From NCBI RefSeq assembly GCF_003704095.1, contig NW_020846747.1:372001-436000 (forward strand): DNA of 64,000 nucleotides, in the 5' to 3' direction. Position 1 is the first letter of the stretch, and each line of letters opens with the position of its first letter. Shown here piece by piece: positions 11,657 to 23,986 of this stretch. The notes under the pieces are model-generated. The model saw nothing but the letters and a program-made list of their open reading frames with translations. It was not told where the DNA came from and did not search any database. The DNA comes from Pocillopora damicornis (lineage: Eukaryota). Both the position numbers and the translations under genes were made by a program.

Positions 11657-14600
11657 TCACAGCTCAGAGTGTGTTGATTCTCTGTGAATGGAATCCAAGC
11701 TATCTGATGGTAGTTGTGTTTGTTTCATGATCTCTTTATCTTCAGCCAATTCTTTTTCATAGAAAATTCCTGAAAGAAAGAAAAAATCTGACATCATTAA
11801 ATGACACTTCACCTTGGAAAAGCATTTCAGAGGGTGGATCTCTCCAAAAAATGAGAGATGACATTGTGTTTTCCATTAATTTTTTTTTCTGACTCAAACA
11901 AATAAAGGAAAGGTTTTTATTGTCAAATTTTTTTTATAGTTGCCTTGAAAGCCCCCTTATTACTGATTTTTGTAAGGGCACTCTTATTACTCCTTATAAT
12001 TAGGTTCAAACAAATTTTCAAGTCTTCGTGGTCATATGATGAAATGATTATTGACTGAAGTTGATTGGGCCTGACAGTGACATTTTAGCTTTTTGTTGAA
12101 AAAGTGCAAACTTCACTGCAGCCCTCCCACTAAGTCAATGAGTACATATTTGGGAGTGCTTATTGATTGAGTGTCTTAAAACCTAAACCATTGAAGTAAT
12201 AGTCAACTGTCAATCAGAAAAAAGGAAAATAACCTAAGGAGCCAATGACAACTCAAAGTAAAAACAAGCTTACAACTGAAAGCATGGGAAAACGGGCCAA
12301 GTTGTCATTGATTTTAGTTTTGCATCTGATAGGTTGAGCAAATTGAGTAACTTTTCTGGACCAATCACAGTGTAGAGTCAGGCAAAACTGATGCCATCAC
12401 CGGTTACTTTTGACACTCAAAGAAAGTCACTTTAAAGTTTTGTGTGTTTTTCAAACCTGATTTGTCATCATCTTTCTTTTTCAAATAAAGCTTCAAGACA
12501 TGGTCAAGACGCTCCCTCAGTTCTTCTTCTGACACAAAATCTGCATTTTTAGGCTGAAGCATGTTGTAAAGTTCCTTCGCTACTTTAGCAGAGCCACCAA
12601 AATCCTAGAGGATAAAAAATAGCCATGAATCGTGACTAACATGAACACAGAACATAATTAGTGGCTGGTATGTCAGCTGATGATGTCTGTGGCTGACAAA
12701 TTGTCTAAACATTATTTATATAATTGTCTGAAAAGCTCTAAGGTAAATGTGAAATTTGGAGGAACAAGATTTCTGAACAAATTACATAGGGCAAAGTGAA
12801 GCAACCCAGTCGAAAATTGCTATATTTGTAAGTGCCTTAGTTCTTGGACCCCTTTTCTAGTAACAATTTTTCTGCAGGTGTCATGTTAATTACCTCGTAA
12901 CGTGCTATCAAGTTGTCCTTTGTCAGTTTTCCATGTCCATCTTGCAAAGCTTGGTTAAAAACAGACCTGAAAAGAGGAAAAAAATAAAACGCTTGTGAGA
13001 ATTCTGGATTTAGGGGATGGTAGAAAACAGGAGACCAAGAAAAAATTTCAGAGGAAGGACTGGAACCAACAAGAGACATATCTCACAAATGACGTCAGCC
13101 TGGAAACCAACCAAGGGCACCACAGTGAGGGGCAAGTAAGAGGGTGAGAGGGGAGGGGGGGGCAGGTTTTTCCACAGGTATCCATTATTGCCCCACCTCT
13201 GACATAAAATTAGTCTCTTCTTCACCAAATTCTAAAAACTATTGTCAAAAAAGAAAAAAATACTGTGGCATTAAAGTAGCAAGAATCGTTCCATGTCTCT
13301 TACTTGACTTCCTTCAGATCAAAAACAGCAAATTCATATTCCTCAGTGTTTGCAGGGTCTGGATCAATCTCATTTGCCACTTGTTTCACTTGTTCTATTG
13401 TAAGGGCCTCGATGTCTTGTTTGGTGACATAACCTTTGTTTTCAGCATCCATTATTTTAAGAACCTTCAAAGGTAAAATAAACAAAGTATTTTTCATTTG
13501 ACACGTCAAACCTAGTCTAAGACTTCTTCAAGGTTTTACTTCAATCACTTCTCTTTGTGATTGGTCTAAAAAGCTTATGCCACTTTCTCAAGCAATAGAG
13601 ACATTTTCAATTGAGTATCACAACTCTTTTCCGCTGGGTGGTTGTTACAATTACTTTTTTTTTGAATTGAAAAGAGTTCCTTAATAAAAGTTTACTTTGA
13701 TTGGTATTAAAACATAAAAAAATTGGGGAAACTTGGAGGCCATAAGACAAGTATATCAATCTACAATAACACACAATTTTAAAGTGCATACAATCTCTCT
13801 TCTCTTTAGAATTATAATTTTGTGTCTTTTAATTGTAGTTGTACCATTTACTGTTAACTTATTTTCACTCATTCACCTCCTTAATTACTTAAATCATATA
13901 AAATTTTTGAACTTTTTACTTCAATCACTTCACTGTGATTGGTTTAAAAAGCTTACACCACTTTCTCAACCAATAGAGACATTTTCAATGAGTATTGCAA
14001 CTCCTTTCCTCAGGTTGGTTGTTGTGATCACTTTGGTTTTCAATTGAAAAGAAATCTTAAACAAAAGTTTTCTTTGTTTGGTATTAAAACTCAATACAGT
14101 GTAGGAAACTGGGGAACTTGGAGACCACGAGACAAGAACATCAATGATCCACAGTTACTGTACACAGTTTTAAGTGCACAGAATCTCTCTTCTCTTACAT
14201 TAGAATCTACGCCTTTTAATTGTACATAATTATACTTTTAATGTTAACTTGTTTTCACTCATTCCCCTCCCTACTTAAATAATAAATAAAATTTCAACTT
14301 TTTGCCAGTTGCCTGCTGTTGTTGGCCCATGTCATCATAAATTACTAACTTACTTTTTCAGCGATGTTTCTTCTAACATCTTCATGTTCTTCCATAACTT
14401 CACCCTGCAAGAACAGCAAAAGTAAGTCATAGCACAGGCAGACCACACTATGTGTCTGTGTCTATCGTTGACAAGAGACAAACAAAATCTATGAGAGTTA
14501 TGAATACAGCTCTGAAAATTGCATATCTAAATCATATCTATGTCTGAATATCTCACTAAAATTAAATGAAATGATAATTGATGCATTTGTGGTATTTTTT

Positions 14601-17600
14601 TTCCTTCACGGGCCATTTTAAGTGTTTTACAACAAAATTACTCTTAGCCAGAGGCTGTAAAGAGAAGAAAGGGAGTCTCCCTTTCTGCTCTTAACTTGAG
14701 GTAATAGAGTCTGCTCTGGAGCAAAGTGGCCCACCCAGCTGGGGTTTATCCTGATTTCCTTGGCATGAAGCAACAAGGAGGAAGAGCGCTACTCCCCCCC
14801 TGAATGGAATGCCAGTCCATCACAAGGTTATCCCTTAGCATTTCATCAGGCTTTGAATTCCCTGACAATTTGCTGGTAAAAAGTACCCATTTTCATTATA
14901 TGACAAGGTAGCCTTAGGTAAATCTAAGCATTCTTGCTTGGTCTGGATTTTTCCATATGGACCGTTTCCACTGAAATTTCATGAGCCACAAATTTCTGTC
15001 TTCTGTCTCCAAAATAAACAAGTTTGTCTGAATGCTGGAGTCATACTAGGAAATGTTGGCCCTTGATCATATTTGTACAGACCTGGCTGTCCTGGGTCTA
15101 TACTGCCATGACTTTGGGTCAATATTCCCCAGTACAGCCCTGATGCCTGATTAGTAAGAATTTAATACTCCTGAGTGGAGAGAGACACTGTGAAATTAAA
15201 GTGTCATGCTTAAGAACACAACAAAATGACCTGGCCCGATCTCAAACCCAGACTTCTTGACCTGGATTCCAGCACAGTAATCACTGTGTCATCATGTCTC
15301 CCACAAAGGCTACAGTGGTATCATACATGTATTATTCAAATCAAAAATCCCTCACAGGATGCTTAATTATTGTAGGATCACACATACTCATGTATAGGTT
15401 TCCTTACTTCAGTAAGTAGTTGAAAAAAGTCCTCTATGTCCAGTCTCTTACTTTTCTTACTTTCCACAAAACTGATATAATGATCTCTATAACAAATTAA
15501 ACAAAGATGAAATCAACAGTGATCCAAAGGATCATAATATTATTTATTCATGTAATTTCAATTGGAAAAGGAACTTATCCTAGAATATGCTCTGACAAAG
15601 GGCTAATGCTCAAAACATCAGCTTTGAAACTCTTTAACCCTTTAACTCCCAGATCAAACTTGTCATTCTCCTTATTGTCAACCATACAATTCTTATAATG
15701 TTAGTTCAGAGAGTATTGGATCAACTGATTATCTCCAAATTGATATTTTTCTCGATTCTCATCATTTATCTGGTTGATATTGTATTGATATTGTAAGGAG
15801 AAATTCTGTCTTCATCACTCATGGGAGTTAAAGGGTTAAAGTGGCCTATTTACATTATCAACTCAGTTGATACTATTAAATTACCCTGGCTGTTTCTTTA
15901 GAAACTTACCCCCTTTATCTGAGAATTGGCCAAATGAGGACACATGGAAAACTTTTAACTTGATTGCATATACCAATTAAAAAAGGATCACTTTGGTTTT
16001 GTTTAATTTGGATACTGTAAAAATAAATAAGATCCCACTCATTTTTAGGAGATAAAGGGTTAACTTTCCAATAAAAAGTTGCTTAAGGGTCTGTGCAAAC
16101 TTTGCACAACACCTGGGACATTTTACCTGATGTGAATAGTTCCCAGTCTTGCATGTAATCTGATCAAACAACATGGTGTCCAGATTAACTTGGCCACAGC
16201 TTCTATTTCTTATTTATCTTCTACTTTCAATTATTATAGTTGTTACCCCTATACCCTCTAGTATTGAATAATTCATGTAATACGTACTTCATTTCAAATG
16301 GATCTAAGTTCCCCATGGTTTGTGGGCCATATCCTGGGTAGGTCCATACCATGTTCACATCAGACAGGGGTGTGTACTCTAGCTTGGCACTCTCACATCC
16401 AATAGGGTCAAACTCTGTCAGGCGTGAGAACAGAACTGAAACAGCCATGTTCTTGGAGCCATATGATCGCACTTGATGCCAGTAACCTGATATAAATTAT
16501 AAAACATCCATCTTTAGTTAATAATGGTAGGCTTTGAAATAGCTGCAGACATTTGTAGGCACTAACTAATACACTGATAGAGCATAATGTTTCAGAAACT
16601 ATCTAATACATGCATGTACTCTGTACACTTTCTTAGAATGAGGGTCCTGATCTCTTTTCATGCACAAATTTTAAAAATTTGCATGTCACATGTACTTGAA
16701 ACAGTGTTTCATAGGTCAAAAACTTCAAATCTCATCTTACATTGCCTTTATGTAAAATTCATGTGCCATGTATTAATTTTGGGATTTATCATGTGCAGAA
16801 AACATCAACCCTTTGCCCCCTTTTAAAGTGCTTAATTCTTGAGATGAAAGTTTCTCCTAAAATCTTCATGTACAAAGTCTAGATATTCATGATAATGTAT
16901 GGTAACTATTCTTAGTATCAAATGTCTATGTTAGAAATTTTAGTATTATGGGTAAAGTGAAAAATTTCAATCTTTGTAATAATTTTTTTTAATACCATCA
17001 GCATTACAAGTACATAGTATGTCAGTAATGAAAGTACAGGATGTATAACACTAATGGTTTTAAAAAAAACTGATTAAAAATACAGAAATTTTTTACTTTG
17101 GTTACATTATATGGCTAGTATTAGTAGTGCTTACTGTAAGGCAAGAACAGGCAATCTCCTGGTGTCATGTTTGCATACTGCCATCTAACTTGTTTGAATT
17201 TGGGATATTTGATAAGATTTACACTTTGAACATCCAATGTGGCAAACCCTCCATAGCCTCTGTCCCCATCAGCAACTGGTATCTGCAATCCACAAATATA
17301 ATTTAAGACATCAGATCTCTTGTGAATAGCTGCTACAACTCAAAGGCTTAACTGGGTCAAGATTGTTTTCCTTACATGGAAGCAAAGAACTTTCTTTTGC
17401 ACAAGGATAATTTTCCTAATTAAGTTGAGTACCTTGTTCTCAAGTTGAGAATTTTCTTAATACTAAAAAAATAATTTAGACCAAGACTTTCAAAGATTCT
17501 CAATTAAATAAAAGTGTCAACTTAAGAAATCTCAAGTTTCTGTAAACAGTCTAGACTTCACTTGAGAAGAAAAATCCAGTTGAAATTAACCACAACCACA

Positions 17601-18868
17601 ACTGTCCACAAGAGCTTTCCATTTTTCTTTCTCTTAACAAAGATTTGAAAAAAGTCACAAAGATTTTCAAATAACATTTTGTCATCACTAAAGATTGTGA
17701 ATCAATTAAAGAAATAGTGGACTACGCGTTTTAAAGAAACAATTTATAAGTAAATTATTCAACGAAAAAACACCTGTTTCATACAGGTAAATAACAGTGG
17801 TTATTTACCACGTTTTGTTCACCAAGCTTAGCAATTATTTACGCAGCGGACCTTTTGCTAAATGCGGAAGCTTAGTAAATAGTTCATACGAATTTAAAAA
17901 TTGAGCGATCTAAAATCTAAAGAACTTATCATGTTAATTGCTATCAGATTTCAAATACTTCATTACCATGGCAAAGGTTCGTATTTTAAAAAGTCTGAAT
18001 TAGTTTCTAAGGTAAATTTGACGACAAAGTGTTTTTCTGAAGGCGTCAATGACAAGGTGATGACTTTTTGAGATGCAGATCTCAATACAAAAGGTCTAGG
18101 AATTGAAGATTAGAACAAGGAAGCATGAAAAATTTCCAACTTTGAACGAAGTGACAAATTTCAATTCAAGAGAGCTTTCTTTGTCAAGAAAAATTATTTG
18201 AAGCCATCTTTTCATCAAAAAACGAAATAAAGATTTCAAAATAATTCTTATCTGCAAGATCGTACGTTTTGTTCGTTTTCTGGGTGAATGAGTATCCAGT
18301 CTTTGGTGCCATTGAGCAAGCAATTAATGGCATTGTCTGCATCTTTGTGCAACATACTGCGAGTTCCGCCCGAACTCAACCAAAGATTTGCTTCTAAAAT
18401 TCTCTCACTGAAAGAACCACACATCAGGGAGGGTAACACGAAAACTTCTGTTGACAACGGATCTGGCAGCTGAGACACGGTATAGGAATCTTTCTGTTGA
18501 TAAGTTTCCAGAAAACTACGAATCGTGTCACGACCAAGACCCCTTTCTCCAACAGGAACATGATCTTTCTCGCGTTTAGCCTCCAGTTTAACTTCTAACT
18601 CGCCATAATTGTCTTTTAAATATTGATCAGTCCATAAATGGAAAGCAGGAAATTTTTTAGCTGCTCCGCGAAAAACAACAGGTTTTCGCAAACTTGCATA
18701 TTGGTTCCAAAACTCCTGAGGCGATGGAAGTTGTTGTAAAATCTCTACATGCCCATCGCTGTCTCTGTGTTTGCCAAGTTCTTCTCCATGACCGCGAGGA
18801 AGTTCTTGGTGGTTGGCAGAAGTTAGGGCTCGTTCCAGGATAGACAAAACAAATAAGAAAATCTTCAT
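11657..18868 (-). CDS. Secretory-pathway JmjC (cupin-like, JMJD7/KDM8/FIH-related) Fe(II)/2OG oxygenase with C-terminal EF-hand-like motifs and HSEL terminus, 9 exons, ~524 aa
   Basis: Exons 18266-18868, 17135-17282, 16288-16486, 15408-15486, 14354-14404, 13304-13464, 12894-12966, 12457-12604, 11657-11769 (1575 nt, phase-consistent). N-terminus MKIFLFVLSILERALTSA. JmjC motifs KPVVFRGAA, NLWLSSGGTRSMLHKDADNAINCLLNGTKDW and PGDCLFLPYSYWHQVRS. EF-like loop DAENKGYVTKQD. Ends THSEL*. Confidence 0.9.
12165..12430. mobile_element. CCAAT-rich non-autonomous interspersed element (MITE-like), CpG-decayed copy
   Basis: Shares ggagccaatga.aactcaaagtaaaaacaagc...ttttagttttgcatctgat.ggttgag...ttttctggaccaatcacag with the many copies listed under 26325-26570. 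Confidence 0.7.
13520..14300. repeat. Local tandem duplication of ~390 bp in a JmjC-gene intron
   Basis: 13520-13900 and 13915-14300 share successive blocks: ttttacttcaatcactt, gtgattggt.taaaaagctta, caatagagacattttcaat, ggtattaaaac, ggggaa.cttggag, cacacaa/gttttaagtgca, aatctctcttctct, gttaactt.ttttcactcatt. Confidence 0.8.
14700..15305 (-). mobile_element. tRNA-derived SINE (minus) interrupted by a nested ~270 bp element at ~14893-15165
   Basis: SINE sequence gtacccattt|atactcctg.gtggagagag is split by an unrelated insert. The flanks match the reverse complement of 6545-6850. Confidence 0.7.
15590..15920 (+). mobile_element. Penelope-like/retrozyme-type fragment with decayed hammerhead-like core, split by a piggyBac MITE (15634-15839)
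   Basis: ctgacaaagggctaatgctcaaaacatcagctttgaaactct[MITE]gtggcctatttacattatcaactcagttgat...gaaacttaccccctttat. An uninterrupted homolog lies at 31471-31623. Confidence 0.6.
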
Positions 18869-19006
18869 GTTGAAAGTGTACTGCTTAATTGTTTTGAGAT
18901 TCTGTGTGAACGAGAGAGCCCGGTTTTGAGCATGGAGATGAGGCCTGCAGTTGGTAAAATATGACCAATTGTCTTGGACTGGATTCACGGATGTATGGTG
19001 AGATAA

Positions 19007-19763
19007 AGTGAAAACCTGCGTATAAGGACCTATTTTTTTTTTAAGTTAGGTGCACAATTAACAAAGTTAAGTCTGGTAAAGTAGGTTCTTGTATTTTGGG
19101 CCCCTATTGGCGATTTAGGCTGAATAGGTTCTTAATTAAGTTCTTTATTGTAAATTGGGGTAGGCAGGCTTACCCGACTCCGTGGTGTGTCCAGTTTTCT
19201 CTACACTTGTTGCAAATGTTAATAGGCCCACACGACTCCACAGTAGGTTCCTGAGTGACTATGGAGAGATTGAGGCAGAATGGATTGGTGCCCATTACAA
19301 CGGAGGACAGGGTTAATGACTTGAAATCCGAGTGGATTACAGACTACCATTTCAAATGTCAGAAAAAAACCAGATTTAACTTTGTTAATGTGCACCTGAC
19401 TGAAAAGGCAAAATTTTAGACTGTTACACCGCAAGAATGGATACAATACATTGTAAACCTCTTTTATCCAAAGTCCATGAAGATAATAAAAACTTGACAT
19501 TAACTTGTTTTTGTTGTAGGGATTAGTACTTTCATTTGCAATTACAGTTTGCTACACTATGTTGTTGTTATACTCAAATTTGCAATCTGAAAGTTTCACT
19601 CCTCGGTTAAAATGTTTTTCATGATATAACTGTAACTCAAAATATAAGAACCTGCTTGATCTTGCTTGACTAAATGTAGGTTCTTGTATTTTAGGGTATG
19701 AAGGAGGCATTTCTGCCAGGATGTTTTTAATCCACTAAGTTGTTCTACGCGGGTTTAAACTGT
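19007..19763. mobile_element. Tc1/pogo-like MITE (~750 bp) between the divergent JmjC and Kv genes
   Basis: Imperfect TIRs agtgaaaacctgcgtataag / ttctacgcgggtttaaactgta. Internal repeated gtaggttcttgtatttt motif at 19081 and 19676. Confidence 0.55.
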
Positions 19764-20864
19764 AGTCTACCGTTTCTTTTTCAATTGTTACTTGAAAAGC
19801 CAGTTACAGCGCTCTACCGTCACCTATGAGACCACTCGCCGCTGTCTTTTTAGTCTGCGAGCAGCCGGGCCGTGTTTCCATCTCTCGTGCGCCATTGGCA
19901 GCCGCTTATGGTACAAGTTATTGAAATTCCTGTATTTATACGTAAGAAGAAGTGTTGTGTACAAATTAAATACTGAGTTAACGGCCACTCAACTTCACAG
20001 TTTATATGTGCAAAAATTACTTAAAGTGAAAGAGCTGTAACGCCGCTACAGAGAGGGAAAATAGTCATCGAATACTGTTAATCGGTTACTTTGTTGTTGT
20101 TTCCGAGGGCGGAAATGTCATCGGCAAAAGGTAAATGGCATTTAAAAAAAAAAAAGAAAAAATAGCTAAAATTTTGCGAATCTTCTGGAAATAATGTAAG
20201 TGATACACGAAATATTTCAAAGTAAAGGAACATCAGCGGAATAAAGCCACATACATAAGGTTACAATACATTGCATTTTAAATACCTCTTCAAACGGGCC
20301 AAAAATCGGAAATAGGAAGAGATCAGCTAAAAGCTGGTTTCTAAACCGCAAACATATTTCATTATTGCTGATTATAGTACACATCAAAACACTCGACTGG
20401 TTTCATTCGTTTTTACGACAGGCCACTTGTGATAATCGGTATGGTATCACAAAAGACAATAATGATTCGCACCGATAACACACAGACTTAGGGCAATCAC
20501 TTTAGAAATCGGAGAACCGCCTCTGTTTATTATTTTTCGATACTACGCGGATTTTTGAGCAGATGAATGTGCAATTTCAAATTCTGGCTACACGAAGAGA
20601 AGAACCTAAGGCATTTTTAATTGTTTTTAATGAGATTAATCGGCTGAAAAATGGAACAGATTGACCTCGATGATAGATTGTATTATAGTCATCCGCTGAC
20701 AAGGTTAAGGGTTCGAGATGTAAACAAACTTAGTAAAGAATGTGGTTTGGCGTAAGATCGCATGTTGTCACTTGCATTGATCTTGAACCGAAATAACAAT
20801 TGGTGTGCCGAAAAGAAGAAAAGAAAAACGCTAGTGACGTCTGGCGATTGGATGTTAACCCAAG

Positions 20865-22838
20865 ATGCTACCTTACTATGGAAAACCATCAAATTTGGAA
20901 ACTTACCCGACATCACCGAAGATCTACCGTAGAGGATTGGCGAAAACGTTCGTGCGTCGCGCACAGAGGGCCGACCCAGAGCGACAACTTAATCCCTCGG
21001 AAGATCCTGGCGGTATCTCTTGCGAGACTCTATCCCGCAGGGAAAAAAAGATACGAGTCAATGTCTGTGGAAAACCATACGTAATCACTGTTCAACAACT
21101 GCTAAGATTTCCTGCAAGTTTGCTTGCAGACCCAGAAAAAAGAGCACCTTTTCACGATGAAGAGAACCACGAATTCTTTTTTGACAGAAATCGAACGACA
21201 TTTGAAAGCATCTTTTACTTTTACGTAACAAATGGAATACTAGTTTTTCCGAGTAAAACATTCTCGCTGCAGCTTTTGGCAGACGATTTTTATTTCTTTG
21301 GCCTGTACGAGTATTTGAGCTCGGAAGAAAGGCGACACAGTTTGCCAACTCCAAGTGCATTTTTTCCAAGGAAAGTGATAGCCCCAAAATCAGTTTGTCA
21401 AAAAAAGTTTTGGGAAATTTGCGAGTCTCCAGATTCAAGCTTCGTCGCACGAATCACAACGTTGTTTTCGCTGATGGTAATTTTGCTCGCCATTGCTATT
21501 TTGTGCATTGAAAGTCTTCCAAGCGTACGAAACTCGAATCTTGTTGAGGAAGTCATAGATAGTGGAGTGCACCTTAACATCAGTACAAACCAAAACAATG
21601 CAATAGTGACCCACGATAGCAATTCCTTCACAGTGAAACATTTCACCTCAAGAGCTGAGGAATTTTGCATCGCCTGGTTCACTCTGGAATTAATTATTCG
21701 TTTTCTTGTTTCGCCAGAAAAGCGAAGATTCCTGCTCAAATTTCTAAACATCGTGGACATAGCCGCTATTTTACCATTCTACATTTATTTGGTCGTGTCC
21801 GAAAAGTCAAAAGCACCCCCTGTTTATCTGATCAAGATCTTTCATCTTTCAAAAATATTTCAAGTGCTTAAAGTCTCTCGCTACGCTTCAACGATGATAG
21901 TGCTTAAAAAAACTGTTACCGCATGTCTATCAGATCTGTGGACGATGGTTTCTTTAACTCTTACAGGAACCATTTTATTTGGGATTCTTGTATATTACTG
22001 CGAAACTTGGGACCAAGAAACGGAATTTCGAAGTATTCCTCACTCGTTCTGGTGGGCTGTTGTGACAATTACTACTGTTGGGTATGGTGATATGGTTCCA
22101 AACACTCTTGGTAAGTGTAAAATTCATTGTCTCTTTATCAAGGTACTACACAATTTTCATTTTTCCAAAGTTGTGGAACATAATCTTTTTGACGTCGAGA
22201 TAAGAACCCATAGAATCTCATGACGGCTCCAAGCCTTTGAACAAATCAAAAAGCCGTCCACTGCACGTGTGACTCGTGCGACAAGCGCACGATTGCAAGC
22301 TATGACATCACTAGCTTACAATTGATTGGCTGACGCAACGGATAGTGAAATATAGATGGCAAACTGTTAGCCGCTTATCATTCATTTAACTCTTAAAGCG
22401 CAAATGACTTTCTTATCACGATTTCATGATCTTTCTAGAAAAAAATTCGTGCAGACGGCCGTGTATGTCTCACACGATGTAAGAAACATGTGTTTTGTGC
22501 CGTATACTCTGCAGTATCTAAGCAACTGCGAAACTGCTCCTCACCTAACTCAATACTAATCCTAACTAGTTATCGGTTGCTGGGTTGGGGGAAAGGGTAG
22601 GTGTGCATTTGCCCAGATACTGACATCAATTGAAAAAAATGAATGTCAGGAAAAGGTGCACATTCCGTGCTTGAAAGAATTATATTTTCTACTTTTATCT
22701 GCAGGTGGGAAGATTCTGGGTGGACTGTGCACCATCTCAGGTGTTATATTCATAACACCCCTCCTGCCCATCATTTACAATAAGTTTGTCCGGTTTCAAA
22801 AACTGGAAGACAGCAAGCCGTTATGTCAATGTCGATAA
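20865..22838 (+). CDS. Shaker/Kv1-family voltage-gated K+ channel subunit, probably a regulatory (silent) type; 2 coding exons, ~459 aa
   Basis: Exons 20865-22110 and 22705-22838, phase-1 intron (CTTG|gtaagt ... gcag|GT). Kv1-type T1 domain (EFFFDRNRTTFESIFYFY). S1-S3 (CIAWFTLELIIRF, NIVDIAAILPFY). Pore SFWWAVVTITTVGYGDMVP. S6 GKILGGLCTISGVIFITPLLP. Confidence 0.93.
22511..22625. mobile_element. Short palindromic MITE (cagtatct..caactgc..cctaac TIR); second copy at ~39224-39325
   Basis: cagtatctaagcaactgcg...gtgtgcatttgcccagatactg. Matches 39227 cagtatctgaacaactgcacaaccacccctcccctaacc...gggttaggggaggggtgggtgcacagttg. Confidence 0.65.
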
Positions 22839-23919
22839 AGTGAACTGGTCACTAAATTGAATGCAATGCACGTTGTGATCACCTGATGACATGATAACAA
22901 TTTACCTCACACTTTCTCGTAAGTTCCTCGTCTAGAGCTTCTATTTCTGACGGGCCCTTTACTCCTCTTAAACCGACGTTACTCCTCTGGGCCCTTTGCC
23001 AGCCTCTGCTCAGAAAATGAGCCAGAATCGGGAGGAAAGAAGACAGGATCCGAGAAAACGGCGCAAATTTAGCCTACATTCCCTCTTGGGGTTCCATACT
23101 GGTTTAATCTTAATTCTAATTGTATGAGAATAGTACTGATGGCTCCAAACGGTAGATAGCTGTGAACAACAGGAGTAAATAAAGAAATTTATTCAGCTCG
23201 TAGTCTATAATTAATCAATTCTACAAAAAATCAATACTTTACACTGAGTGATCAATACAATCTTTACAACAAAATGCAGTTCCACTAAATACGAGGTAGC
23301 TTTGCAGGTTCTTAAAACAAAGGGTAAAAAAAAAAGGCAAGAGAAGATGCAATTTAATTTAAGAGTAATTTCTCACAAACTCAAAAAAATTTGGGTTCAT
23401 CATTCACACCTTGGCGTTTTTTATGTTTACCATAGAAATTTTCCCTTTCCCCAAAAACATTAATACGACTAGAGGTATCAATTTTCCGCAATGCCAAGTC
23501 AATAACTAACTAACTAACAAGAGGGTTAACAAAATAAATACGAAATTTTCATTTAAATATCTATTTGTATCATCTGAAAAATCATCTCATAAAATAGAAA
23601 ATGTACAACAAATAGGAAACGATGAAAAAAAATAAATATCATAATAAAACGATGCTGTTATTCGAGAATAATTACTTCATTTTGAAATGAATACGCACAC
23701 TATAAATCTTCATGCGTTTTTACACAAACGAAATGTTGTTAGCTTAACTGAGATAATTCTTATGTCAACTGTAATTCTTCACATTTTCTCGCTCATAAAA
23801 CTTAACGGACGAATTTACAACGAAAGTATGTACATGGTCGTCGATGTTTCCTTAAAGTGGGAAAAATCGTTGTAAAAAATTTTGTGGTCGTATTTTCAGA
23901 CGCAAAATGTGACGCTATT

Positions 23920-23955
23920 TAGGAACCAGTCATTATTTTCGTCTTAGAGCTGGGT

Positions 23956-23986
<31 letters not shown>

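Noticed and set aside
18869-18988. N-terminal extension of the JmjC ORF shown in the ORF track
   Set aside because: Starts at a non-ATG codon. The ATG at 18868 gives a proper signal peptide.
20115-20130. Possible upstream coding micro-exon MSSAK for the Kv gene
   Set aside because: The donor looks good, but no phase-compatible acceptor joins it to the Kv frame (in-frame TAA at ~20856). At most a 5'UTR exon.
22111-22223. ORF-track C-terminus of the Kv channel (KCKIHCLF...)
   Set aside because: Intron read-through. The real S6 is in exon 22705-22838.
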